A stretch of 64,000 bases of DNA, taken from NCBI GenBank assembly GCA_026770705.1, contig JANJGN010000071.1, forward strand, positions 930,001-994,000, written 5' to 3'. The notes below the pieces were generated by a model. It saw only the letters and a program-made list of their open reading frames with translations, ran no database searches and was not told the origin of the DNA. The first letter of the stretch is position 1; every line of letters starts with the position of its first letter. The stretch is from Isurus oxyrinchus. Its lineage: Eukaryota. Made by a program: the position numbers and the translations under genes. Positions 62,611 through 64,000 of the stretch are shown here, one piece after another.

Positions 62611-64000
62611 AACCCTTAAAGAGATAGGGAGGGTTACAGGGGCTGGAGGAGGTTACAGGTATAGGGAGGGGTGTAGGGGTTGAAGGTGGTTACAGAGATG
62701 GGGAGGGTTGTGGGGGTTGAAGGTGGTTACAGAGATGGGGAGGGTTGTGGGGGTTGGAGGTGGTTACAGATATAGGGAGGGGTGTAGGGGTTGAAGGTGG
62801 TTACAGAGATGGGGAGGATTGTAGAGGCAGGTGGAGGCTGCCTTAGGGAGGGTTGTAGGGGCTGGAGGAAAGGGAGAGAGAGAGGAGGTTACAGATATAG
62901 GGAGGGAGACAGTCAGAGAGAGAGCCTCCAGGAGATAGAGAGCGATAGAGAGATTGAGAGACAGACAGAGACTGAGAGAGGGAGAAGAGAGAAGGAGAGT
63001 GAGAAGACTGAGAGAGGGAGAAGAGAGAAGGAGAGTGAGAGAGAGACAGAACAAGTGTGAAAGATGGTGGAAGGGAAGAGTGGGGAGGTGTTGGCCTGAT
63101 GGTATTTTCACTGGACCAGTAATCCAGAGACCCAGCGTAATGCTCCTGGGACCCTGGTTAGAATCCCACCACAGCAGTTGGTGGAATTTGAACTCAATAA
63201 AAACCTGGAATTAAAAGTCCGATGATGACCAGGAAACCATTGCCGATTCTTGTATTTGGGTCACAAATGCCCTTTAGGGAGGGAAATCTGCTGTCCTTAC
63301 CTGGTCTGGCCTACATGTGACTCCAGACCCACAGCAATGTGGTTGACTTTTAAAAAGTGGCCTTTGAACAAGGGCAATTAGGGTTGGGCAATAAATGCTG
63401 GCCTAGGCAGTGATGTCCACATCACATGAAAGAATGAAATAAAAGGACAGAGAGGGACAGACAGAGTCGAGAGACACCCAGAATGAAAAAAACACAGTAA
63501 ACACTGGAAAATAAACATTCTGGTCTGATCTGGTCTTGTATACCTTCAAATGGAACACCAGTAAAACAGGGAAATAAGAGTACTGGGCCAAACTGTTAGA
63601 GAGGGGCACATTTAGAGAGAGAGAGAGAGAGAGAAAGAGGGAGACACTGAAAGAGATAAGGACAAGGAAAGAAAGAGTGAGAGAGAGAGACAGACAGAGA
63701 CACACAAAGAAGTAGAAAGAAAGTGATAGAGATGAAGCAGGAGAGAATGAGGAGAAAGATAGATAGATAGAGAGAGAGGATGGTAGAGAAAGAGAACGAG
63801 AGGAAAAGAGACAAAGGCAGAATGTGATGGAACACTGAATCCTTGTCTATGCGTTTTGAAATCCAGCCCAGAACTATCATTGGAAGATTCAGCGAGTGTC
63901 CAGTACAGGGGACCCAGCCCAACCTTCTCATCCTGACCTTCCCAGTGGGGCTGAAGAGGGCAGAGAGGAAACCTTCCTCTGTTATTCTGTTGTCGAATAA

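Overview
This is vertebrate genomic DNA. The repeat content (CR1/L2/Penelope LINE debris, Gypsy fragments, solo LTRs, 33-bp and 37-bp SINE/LINE-derived minisatellites) suggests a cartilaginous fish, which is an inference. The window holds a tandem + strand cluster of four Siglec-like (MAG/CD22/CD33-related) Ig-superfamily receptor genes, called A-D here. Gene A (3' end only) and gene B (complete ORF) end in one exon encoding a transmembrane segment with an embedded Arg and a ~13-aa tail without tyrosine, an activating-type architecture. Gene C (complete, ~755 aa, six Ig domains) has a neutral TM segment and two alternative duplicated cytoplasmic modules: ITSM only, or ITIM+ITSM. Gene B's second V domain and gene C's V domain differ at only 9 of 123 residues, and their promoters and leaders are near-identical, so B and C look like a paired activating/inhibitory Siglec system. 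Gene B carries two tandem V exons that differ mainly in the predicted ligand-binding loops. Gene D is a divergent Siglec whose V exon is cut by a Gypsy fragment. Exon boundaries were read by eye from splice signals and reading-frame phase; TE boundaries are approximate. Several N-runs hide sequence.
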